Notes under the pieces: generated by a model
Database searches by the model: none
Told to the model about the DNA's origin: nothing
What the model saw: the letters and a program-made list of their open reading frames with translations, nothing else
Virus record (IMG/VR): IMGVR_UViG_3300021356_000011
Coordinates: 10,606-74,605 of that record
Source: a virus
DNA length: 64,000 bases
Direction: 5' to 3' (one strand)
Part shown: one piece after another, positions 56,201-64,000 of the stretch
Layout of the letters: every line of letters starts with the position of its first letter
Numbering within the stretch: the first letter of the stretch is position 1
Translations under genes and position numbers: made by a program

Positions 56201-57361
56201 ATGGCTATAAACATTGGGCCTTTCCTCGGATCTATGGCCTCATCATTTCAGGGCGCTGCCGGGTCTGCTGCCGCGCAGTTCACTGGGCAGGAAGTTAAAA
56301 GTTTAATTTCCCAGGCGGTTTCCTCTGCGGCAACGACCTTTGCCTATAGTCAACCCCAAGTTGCTTCACAAGCTCCATTGCCCAAACAGAAATTGATGGG
56401 TGGTCTTGCTGATGTAGGATTTTTGCCTTTCACCATGCAGACAGCGGCGGCTACATTTCCAGCCAGAATGGCTAGTCGCGAAGCCCTTACGACAGTCAGA
56501 ATGCAAACTGGCCTTGCTGCTAATCTAGCGGGAGGGGTCGAAGGTGAAGTTTTTTCTGCGACCATCGGTGAAGCAACTGCTGGGTTGCAAAGTTTTGTCA
56601 ATGTTCTAACTGTTCCGAACGTCTCGAACTTTGCGACATTCATGGAGCATTTGACAACAGCTCCACAAAAACTGGAAAAATTCGGGGAAGCGCTTCTAAA
56701 TTCTAGGAAAGAATTAGTCAAGTACAGCCCAGAGTATGCCATTGCTCAAGCAGAAATGACTGTAGGGCAAATCGAGCGGCAAATGGAAAGTGCCCAAAGG
56801 ACTGGGCCGCAAGCTCTTGAGCTTGCAAGATCACTGGAGGGATTAAAAGATACTCTTCAGCCGATACGCGATGAAGTTTTCAATGTCACATCAGGATTAA
56901 TTCAAAAACTCATTCCTCTCATTGAGGATGTAGCAAAAGGCCTAGAGCCCTTCATCCCTATTGCTCAAAGAGCAGCTGAAGCCCTAATCGAAATCATTGA
57001 GTTGATGTTAAGAGCCGTGCCGTGGGATACGATTAAAAGTGCGTTGAGCATACAAGCAGCCATGATGGATGCATTATCTGAGCTAGTCAAAGTCGCCTCA
57101 GGTGCTGCCGGCGGTGTAAGTGCATTGAGCAGCCTCACTGGCGCAGTAAGTCCATTGCTATTTGCAATTGATCTTTACATCCGCAAAAACAGCGAAGAAG
57201 ATTATAAAAAAACGCAAGAAGAACTCGCAAAGATGAATGAAGAAAAGGCCCTTCATGCTCAAAACATGATTCGAAGCCTGCTTCACATTGGTGGTCAAAA
57301 CAACGCTCATGGTACAGACTATGTTTTTCAGTTTAACCAACCGAATCGTAGAAATCCTTAA
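56201..57361 (+). CDS. Short tape measure protein
   Basis: Ala-rich, helical, follows the frameshifted chaperone; only 386 aa. Confidence 0.65.
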   Translation: MAINIGPFLGSMASSFQGAAGSAAAQFTGQEVKSLISQAVSSAATTFAYSQPQVASQAPLPKQKLMGGLADVGFLPFTMQTAAATFPARMASREALTTVRMQTGLAANLAGGVEGEVFSATIGEATAGLQSFVNVLTVPNVSNFATFMEHLTTAPQKLEKFGEALLNSRKELVKYSPEYAIAQAEMTVGQIERQMESAQRTGPQALELARSLEGLKDTLQPIRDEVFNVTSGLIQKLIPLIEDVAKGLEPFIPIAQRAAEALIEIIELMLRAVPWDTIKSALSIQAAMMDALSELVKVASGAAGGVSALSSLTGAVSPLLFAIDLYIRKNSEEDYKKTQEELAKMNEEKALHAQNMIRSLLHIGGQNNAHGTDYVFQFNQPNRRNP

Positions 57362-57381
57362 GACACTAAGGTTTTAAGAAA

Positions 57382-59748
57382 ATGACAATAGATGGACCTG
57401 TGTCTACGAAAACAAGAGGAACCACTTTTGTTTACACGGTGCCGATGCCGAATAATTATATTGGAGCTGACGGCGATCAGCAGATGTTCACTGTCTGCGT
57501 AAGCAATTGCTTGACCAAGATGATCAATGTGACTCCGGTCTATGAAAAGACTGGTGCTGATATGTTGGCCCGAGAAGTGGAGATTCGCTTTTCTGGGATT
57601 GCGCATGGATTTGGTTCAGGGGACGACTTTCGCGCGAGAACCGCCGCTCAAGCTAATGGGGGAAGTTGGAGTGTTGGAAACTACGCTACTGGAGTTTCGA
57701 CATTAGGTTACAGCCAGTTTGGCGTTCTTGAAGACTATGATGAAGCAGAAAAGGGACGGTCGACTTCCGGTAGCAACGCCGACGATAGAATGCTCGGGAA
57801 TCTTGAGACTGTATTAAATGCACTCTCCACTCCTAGAGGGAATCTTCAATTTTCTATTGGCGACACCATCATTTACAACGTGGTCTCCCGCACAGACACT
57901 TTAAATAGTACTGCGGATATATATTTGGAGGATAGTGCATATACTGGAATTGCAATTGACCAGACGCCGAAGCTTGAATGCCAAGTCGTGAAAGTTATTA
58001 GCGACACTTCAGCTCATATTGAGGTTACTGCAAAGTTTGTGTATCAGAATTGTTATGGCCCAGAATACACTCGCCAATATGACAATCAAGATGTCAAAAG
58101 CCTCCGGTGGTGGTATGCCGATGATATTGATGGTGCGACATGGGGAACACGAAGGCTACTGAGAGGTCGCATTGAACTCTACGATAGGGAAAGGATTAAT
58201 GCGTTAACCTTAAGAAGCCTCGTCCTTCCACCTATAGAATGGGGCTTCAGGCGAGAGCATATTTCGATTCGCGAGCAGGAAGATGGCCTTGCAGCAGACT
58301 TTGAGGTGATTGACGTTGAAGCGTATGCTCACCCGCCATATCCAGCATCGAACTGGGAAGGGCAAACCCGAGTAACCTTTGGGCCTCAGTTGGTGGGTGC
58401 TGTCGATATATCTTCTCAGATTATGTTAGAGGCACCAATACCCAGAGAAATGGAAGTTTGGTCCGGTGGCAAGGCACTATTCCCCACAAAAGAGCATTTG
58501 ATTCACCTCTTAATTCGAATGCTAGATGCTAAGCTGCATTGGCATAGGCAAGTAGCTGGCGGCCATGTTTTTACCAAGCAGCTCAATATCAGCGAATCAA
58601 TGAAGCATAACCGCGTCGAAGCTTCCCTGGGTCTTTCTGTTGTCGTGGAAGAAGAAAATCTAAGATCCACGCAGGACAATCATGGTGTTTCAAATTTCAG
58701 AAAACTGGTTCGAGCTGTCTTTTCAAATGACATGTCCTACAGCTCGACGAGAGAAATAGGATATCCAGAACCCGGCACGATGCCTTTGGGACCGGGAGAC
58801 TGGGGCGCAACAAGTGCTGCGTACAGTCTTGGCCATAAGAATGGAATTCGCTATTACGACAGGAGACAGGCAAGCTATTGGCAGCCACATGATGGGTCTT
58901 TGCGTGGAATCTTAAGATGCGCACTCCAAGATCCGTGCATGGACAGGTCGAAAGATGGGCAAGAATCTGGTTTACTTAACAAATTTAGCTCAGCAGACCG
59001 ATCTGAGATTCCTCAAAACTACAATGAAGAGCAAGTTGCCAATCATGGTCAAAACACAGACCAGGGGGCGAGGAAGCAAAGAGATTACAGAGGGCAATAC
59101 GACTATATCGTTGATCCCGGCGGCCCTGCCGATGGAATCGAGGATAGTGTGTATCGTAGCGCAACCAATGACGGCATTCTTTCAAAGCTACAAACTGACA
59201 ACAAAAATCCATATTTCAGATATGATTTGACAACCAATTATCGAATTGACAATGGACTGTCGACGTTTCCATCCAAGGGGCCTGTCGTAGGCGTGCCAAA
59301 GGGTGCTTTTGGGAATGGCCAGCTAGCAACAAGCGTTGCCCATTACACAAGAGGCTCGACTGCCGAGGTTGTCATTGAAGTGAATGCTTCCAGGGTAGAT
59401 GCATGGCCCGTCACACCTACAGACCAGAGCTGGATCGATCCCGTTACTGGCATTATGTATATGTGCAAAGACTTGCAAGTCATCGCAAGCAGCGTTGAGC
59501 TGGATGCCACAGGTAATCATCGGATGTTCAATTGCGGTTCTCGTGTAACTTATGTGTTATCGAGGGCTCCGAAATGGTTCGAAGACTTGCGGATATCTAG
59601 CGCACCATTTATTGTCAGTGCCGGAAGCCAGAGCAGTGCCGTTCAGCAACAAATCGAAAATTACGTTGGGAGCGTTAGCCGGAAATCTGGAGCTAGGTAC
59701 ACTCCCACGAACAATAATGGCGGTGAAAGTCCTTATGGACAAGGGTAA
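57382..59748 (+). CDS. Putative distal tail/hub protein
   Basis: 788 aa beta-rich ORF directly after the tape measure. Confidence 0.55.
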   Translation: MTIDGPVSTKTRGTTFVYTVPMPNNYIGADGDQQMFTVCVSNCLTKMINVTPVYEKTGADMLAREVEIRFSGIAHGFGSGDDFRARTAAQANGGSWSVGNYATGVSTLGYSQFGVLEDYDEAEKGRSTSGSNADDRMLGNLETVLNALSTPRGNLQFSIGDTIIYNVVSRTDTLNSTADIYLEDSAYTGIAIDQTPKLECQVVKVISDTSAHIEVTAKFVYQNCYGPEYTRQYDNQDVKSLRWWYADDIDGATWGTRRLLRGRIELYDRERINALTLRSLVLPPIEWGFRREHISIREQEDGLAADFEVIDVEAYAHPPYPASNWEGQTRVTFGPQLVGAVDISSQIMLEAPIPREMEVWSGGKALFPTKEHLIHLLIRMLDAKLHWHRQVAGGHVFTKQLNISESMKHNRVEASLGLSVVVEEENLRSTQDNHGVSNFRKLVRAVFSNDMSYSSTREIGYPEPGTMPLGPGDWGATSAAYSLGHKNGIRYYDRRQASYWQPHDGSLRGILRCALQDPCMDRSKDGQESGLLNKFSSADRSEIPQNYNEEQVANHGQNTDQGARKQRDYRGQYDYIVDPGGPADGIEDSVYRSATNDGILSKLQTDNKNPYFRYDLTTNYRIDNGLSTFPSKGPVVGVPKGAFGNGQLATSVAHYTRGSTAEVVIEVNASRVDAWPVTPTDQSWIDPVTGIMYMCKDLQVIASSVELDATGNHRMFNCGSRVTYVLSRAPKWFEDLRISSAPFIVSAGSQSSAVQQQIENYVGSVSRKSGARYTPTNNNGGESPYGQG

Positions 59749-59753
59749 GAAAT

Positions 59754-61382
59754 ATGGCGATCAACTTTACGACATTCTTCACCAAGTTTGGCCATGCTGT
59801 TTACAGTGCCAAGAACATCTTGCAAAACTTGGGGCCTGACCAAGATACAGTCATTCAGTCATTTATTGATGACTTCGATTCAGAGACCCTTGATGTCAAG
59901 CAAACTATCGATGGCACGGTCGCTCGCCTTCGTAGTATTCAAAGTCAGTCAGGCGGATTTGTGTCAAACTTGATCTCCGCTCCAATGCAAGCTTTCATGC
60001 TTCAGAAAGTCAAGGATGATCTCGGTAAGAATGTTTCGTTTAATGAGGCCATCACTGAATTCCTTGATCAGCTCGATGCGGCAGGCAGCACGGTTGAAAG
60101 CAGCACGGTCTCCGCGACAGTCACCTATGGAGGTGGAAACACGGGGACCGGGAAACTTTTTGTCGACACCAAGAACGCTCGTGGCGAAGTCAGCCAATTC
60201 TTGATCGACGAGACGCTACTACTAACATGCACAAGCATCAACGAACTAAATGATTCTGCTACCTTAACGGGGAAAGGCGACATTGCTTATGGCAAGTTGG
60301 ACGGCAATTACCCTGGCGGAACTGGCTTGAACTTGGCCTTATCGCCTATCGATCCAGCAATTTCTTCTTCCCTGTCTAATGCATCATTTCTGAATGCTGA
60401 CTCCGATGCCACGACCCAGCCTGCGAATTGGATTGCCTATGACGCTGACGCGACAGGTTCTCTTACTGATCCTGTAAGTCAAACCCTGGGAATATCCGGC
60501 ACGCCAACAGGCGGGTACTACGAGATCGTGCTTAAGCAGGCAGATGGCACTTCCGAACTGATCACTTCCAAACTTGCATACAACGCAACAGCCTCACAGG
60601 TGCAGAGTGCAATTCGTGCTGTCGAAGGCTACGCTAATGTTGAAGTCAGCTCGACTGGGACATCCCCTAACTACACGCATACGATTACTCACACAAATAC
60701 AAACAGAAACTTCAGCATCTCCGTTCGAGATTTCACAACAGGTGGAACTCCTTTATTCACCATATCGGCGTTAATTACCGATGGAGACTTCATTTCTTCA
60801 GGCCGAGGCCTTGAGATTGCTGGCGATGGATCTGAAGGCACAACATACTCCCAGGAAGTCTTCCTCTCCCCTGACTCAGTCTACTTTGCTCATGCCATGG
60901 TCAAAGCACAGTCATCCATATTTTCAGGAGCATTGCAGTTAAGTTTGACCGACGCTCCCGATGGAACGATCTTGCAAGATCGGGAAGGGACAAATAATGC
61001 AATCAGTGTTGATTTGACGACCATCGGTACCACTGACTGGTATCATCTCGGTGGATTCTTCAGGACTGGCAAGACATTGCCAGCCCATCAATTCTTTAGG
61101 ATGGACTGCTCAACTCCAATTGATGCCGCAGGCACAATCATGGTCGATTCATTGCATCTAAGTGGAGCCAGCCAGCTATATGCTGGCGGCCCATACTATG
61201 CATTAGTAAAGGGCGAAACACAGTTCGACTTGGATGATACAGTTACATTGACCGTGGCAAATAATTACTCTGGCGAATTGCAGCAATGGTTTGACAGGAT
61301 TTATGGACTCGCTAGTCGAGGGCGGCAGATTGCACATTCTGGATCACCTACCTTTGCTGACACTCTCATTACAAGTAGCTAA
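59754..61382 (+). CDS. Tail structural protein; paralog of 1..648
   Basis: SGTPTGG.Y...T..LAYNATAS.VQSAI domain typical of tail proteins; C-terminus matches the window-start ORF. Confidence 0.7.
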   Translation: MAINFTTFFTKFGHAVYSAKNILQNLGPDQDTVIQSFIDDFDSETLDVKQTIDGTVARLRSIQSQSGGFVSNLISAPMQAFMLQKVKDDLGKNVSFNEAITEFLDQLDAAGSTVESSTVSATVTYGGGNTGTGKLFVDTKNARGEVSQFLIDETLLLTCTSINELNDSATLTGKGDIAYGKLDGNYPGGTGLNLALSPIDPAISSSLSNASFLNADSDATTQPANWIAYDADATGSLTDPVSQTLGISGTPTGGYYEIVLKQADGTSELITSKLAYNATASQVQSAIRAVEGYANVEVSSTGTSPNYTHTITHTNTNRNFSISVRDFTTGGTPLFTISALITDGDFISSGRGLEIAGDGSEGTTYSQEVFLSPDSVYFAHAMVKAQSSIFSGALQLSLTDAPDGTILQDREGTNNAISVDLTTIGTTDWYHLGGFFRTGKTLPAHQFFRMDCSTPIDAAGTIMVDSLHLSGASQLYAGGPYYALVKGETQFDLDDTVTLTVANNYSGELQQWFDRIYGLASRGRQIAHSGSPTFADTLITSS

Positions 61383-61384
61383 TC

Positions 61385-61888
61385 ATGTCAGTGTTTCAAT
61401 ATTCTAAGATGGGTGACATTCTTTTGGCGATCAAAGATCGTCTTATTGAATGTATTCCCGATGCGACAGAATCAACGTGCAAGATCACTCACGATCCATC
61501 TTACAGGATCACATCGTCAGATATTCGTTGTTTCAACATTACACCGTCACCACAGTCGCAAGTAGATCAGGCGGCCTGGGATGGCGGTGGAAACTCACAG
61601 CTCACGGTCAGGACGCGAGTTATCGTGACGGTCTTTACACCGAACTCGCTCGATGACCCCAGAGAGTCAGAATACTTTCATACAAGCAACAATAGCATTC
61701 ATGCGGCCAAGGTTGATGTTTTAAAAGCCTTGAGCTTTTACAATCCAATCAATGACCAACACAATACTAGATTGCTAAACGATCCAATTAGTCCTGCTGA
61801 GTGGCATTTCACAAAAGACAAGTCGAGCGGTGATATTCAAATTGCTTTTGACATTGAATATGACGAAGACTTGGACGGCAATTGCTAG
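61385..61888 (+). CDS. Tail-module protein; paralog of 658..1194
   Basis: See 658..1194. Confidence 0.8.
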   Translation: MSVFQYSKMGDILLAIKDRLIECIPDATESTCKITHDPSYRITSSDIRCFNITPSPQSQVDQAAWDGGGNSQLTVRTRVIVTVFTPNSLDDPRESEYFHTSNNSIHAAKVDVLKALSFYNPINDQHNTRLLNDPISPAEWHFTKDKSSGDIQIAFDIEYDEDLDGNC

Positions 61889-61900
61889 AGAGGGTGAGAC

Positions 61901-64000
61901 ATGACCATTGCCCCTGGGGGAGGAACAGGCGGTGCGGGGGGCGTTCCCGTAGCGTTCGAGTACGACCGCGACCGTTATTTCCACCCAATCGTTTTCCGAT
62001 GGACCGATGAGCGGATAGGCCAAATACCTATCGTCGCCAGGGTACTGGAGCCGCCAGAAGGATTTGAGGAATGGTTCTTTGAGACTCACAACATCACAGA
62101 GTATGACTGCGGTGGAATTTCAGATGGCGATATAAATGTCGTATCTAAACGCCATGGATTTGAGGTGCCGGAAAGCAAGCAGTTCAAGTTCAATGAGACA
62201 CTCAAGCCAAAGATGAATCAGTTTGCATTTCCTTGCCAAATGCAAAGACATTCTGATTCATTCTTCCTCGTTCATTTCAGCTCGTTGGTTGAACATGCAA
62301 ATGCAAACCCGCAGGGACTCTTCACTGCATCAATTTCAAGAGGCGTTGGCGTTACGCCTGACCTGAAAGACGAGAAGTTTGTTGATATAAGATGGCCCAT
62401 AGGAATACAGAACACGGCAGTTCTAAAATGTCGGCATTACTATGCTTTGGAGGACGTATGTCGACAGTTCTTTTGGCCCGGCTCCTATGATCCTTCCATA
62501 AACGAAGGCCTTGTGCAGTCATCGCATCCAAGCCCGGATTCCAACGAGCCCTCCAGTTCAGGACCATCAGGCCAAACTAATCAGGAAGATGGCAAGTATC
62601 GATCCTATGTCGGCGTAATGAGAATTACCGATTACAGGTATAACTCGAATAAAAACGAACTTGGAGCCTCAAAACAGGTATACCAAGAAGACTACTATGA
62701 TCGGCACATAGCAAACAAAGAGAACAATTCAATTTACTCATTTGCGAGAAGAGTTGATCCAAACCTCTCATCAGAAAACACGGCAACAGATGAAGACAGA
62801 GCAGATGCCCCAGAGTTTGCGCACATATCGAATTACGGCTTAGAGTTAACGGTATGCCCAAATGTCGCTCCAAAAATGACTTCTGGGCAGCTTCAGGATA
62901 TGCAGGCTTATGCCAATGGATATATCGGTTTGCCGAGAATGTTCCTTGACGCCCATCAGTTTTACGGCAAGGGGCAGGGAGTGTCGACAAATGGGCTTTA
63001 TTCTTTGCAGCAACCACAAAGGCAATTCCTTCTTGGCCTTGGAGATCCGCTAAGTTCTGACCCATCGCTCCAAAGACTCCCTGGCCAATTCAAAGATGAC
63101 TTCATCATGGAGGCCATGCCTACAAAGAATGCGCACAACCCACTAGATCGGTTTTCTGCGAGTTTTATGGGGTACCCTCGCTACAGGAACCTGCTTTCAT
63201 CAACATCAGCTGTAAAGAAGAGTGGGGCATCTCAGGCAGCTATGTTGCGTGGAATAAACTTCGCGATGGACACCAGAAAAGAACGAGTCAGGGGCTATCA
63301 AAATATCAAATTTAAATTCAAGACGCTGCTGGGAGTAGTCGGTTTTTACAATGAGGGACTAAGCAATGATGACTTGTTTTTTCCTAGCAATACTCGCGAC
63401 ATTTACAACATGGATGGGGCTCGTAACAACGACGAGTGGGCCAGATACATTAGCACTCGCTATGCATATTTGAACTTCTATTTAAATACTACGAAATCAT
63501 GCAACTACAGGTACTTCACTCGCATCCAAAAAGGAGCCACAAATTCAACGGGTGGTAGCAGCGGGCCGAATGGCCCAATGTCTTTGATGGCTCCTGGGGG
63601 AGGCTCTTCTGGTGCGAACGTCCGAGATCCATGGTATAGACTGATTCATAAGGAAGTCAGAGCTGGGAGATTGCCCATGCCTGAGATGCTGTATTTGGAT
63701 TTCAGTGGATACTCTTTATATGGGATACTTGGCATCACGCCGAGCGAAGTTGAAGATGATAATGACAGGCAAATTTTTTCTACAACAAGCGGGAGCCCAC
63801 TGCCATTCGGAGATCCTAGTTTCACGCCGGCATCTTATTCGGTTCCGCTGACATCGTTCGACTCTCCAGAGTCGATATCTTACTGGGAAAGAGGGGATGA
63901 CAGTCGGGACGCTGGTGACATCTACAACCTTTCGGACCAGCCGCAGGGATTGCTAGCCCCAGGTGCGGGTGGCAATGACCTTCCAGAGGGAACATCGCCG
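61901..64000 (+). CDS. Putative tail tip protein, 3'-truncated; distant paralog of 1187..3256 (not in ORF track)
   Basis: GAGGG RBS and ATG 61901 (MTIAPGGG...). In-frame blocks GFEVPESKQFKF...FFLVHF and MPEMLYLDF match 1187..3256. The frame was spot-checked, not read fully. Confidence 0.7.
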   Translation, partial: MTIAPGGGTGGAGGVPVAFEYDRDRYFHPIVFRWTDERIGQIPIVARVLEPPEGFEEWFFETHNITEYDCGGISDGDINVVSKRHGFEVPESKQFKFNETLKPKMNQFAFPCQMQRHSDSFFLVHFSSLVEHANANPQGLFTASISRGVGVTPDLKDEKFVDIRWPIGIQNTAVLKCRHYYALEDVCRQFFWPGSYDPSINEGLVQSSHPSPDSNEPSSSGPSGQTNQEDGKYRSYVGVMRITDYRYNSNKNELGASKQVYQEDYYDRHIANKENNSIYSFARRVDPNLSSENTATDEDRADAPEFAHISNYGLELTVCPNVAPKMTSGQLQDMQAYANGYIGLPRMFLDAHQFYGKGQGVSTNGLYSLQQPQRQFLLGLGDPLSSDPSLQRLPGQFKDDFIMEAMPTKNAHNPLDRFSASFMGYPRYRNLLSSTSAVKKSGASQAAMLRGINFAMDTRKERVRGYQNIKFKFKTLLGVVGFYNEGLSNDDLFFPSNTRDIYNMDGARNNDEWARYISTRYAYLNFYLNTTKSCNYRYFTRIQKGATNSTGGSSGPNGPMSLMAPGGGSSGANVRDPWYRLIHKEVRAGRLPMPEMLYLDFSGYSLYGILGITPSEVEDDNDRQIFSTTSGSPLPFGDPSFTPASYSVPLTSFDSPESISYWERGDDSRDAGDIYNLSDQPQGLLAPGAGGNDLPEGTSP

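Noticed and set aside
1-64000. Integrase/repressor, tRNAs, alternative genetic code, and many short antisense ORFs
   Set aside because: None was recognisable. Standard-code genes tile both arms densely, and the antisense ORFs lie inside better-supported genes.

Overview
Most of a tailed dsDNA phage genome (Caudoviricetes) with a Mu-like head module: DUF935-type portal, Mu gpI-type prohead protease/scaffold and gp36-like adaptor. The host is inferred to be a planctomycete from the SSB, CsrA, papain-family peptidase and Cys-rich tail genes; this is not proven. Layout: end of a tail module (1-5211, +); a leftward early/replication arm (5212-18208, -) with SF2 helicase, Rad52-like annealase, DnaQ-like exonuclease, CsrA and small cassette genes; a non-coding divergent control region (~18210-19650); and a long rightward arm with a PolA-fold polymerase-like gene, lysis-like genes, terminase, portal, adhesin-like genes, head and tail genes running off the window end. 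No integrase, tRNA or CRISPR was seen. Most notable observations: (1) a minus-strand hairpin (11429-11460) whose loop CUGUGGUGGU is complementary to an ACCACCAC(A/G) box upstream of the RBS of eight early genes, a candidate phage sRNA regulon; (2) portal (2363 aa) and prohead protease (1294 aa) are polyproteins carrying cargo domains separated by recurring [YF]-[SA]-K linkers; (3) a diverged duplication of a three-gene tail module at both window ends; (4) a large terminase with degenerate Walker A and B motifs. All assignments come from motif recognition by eye; no database searches were run.
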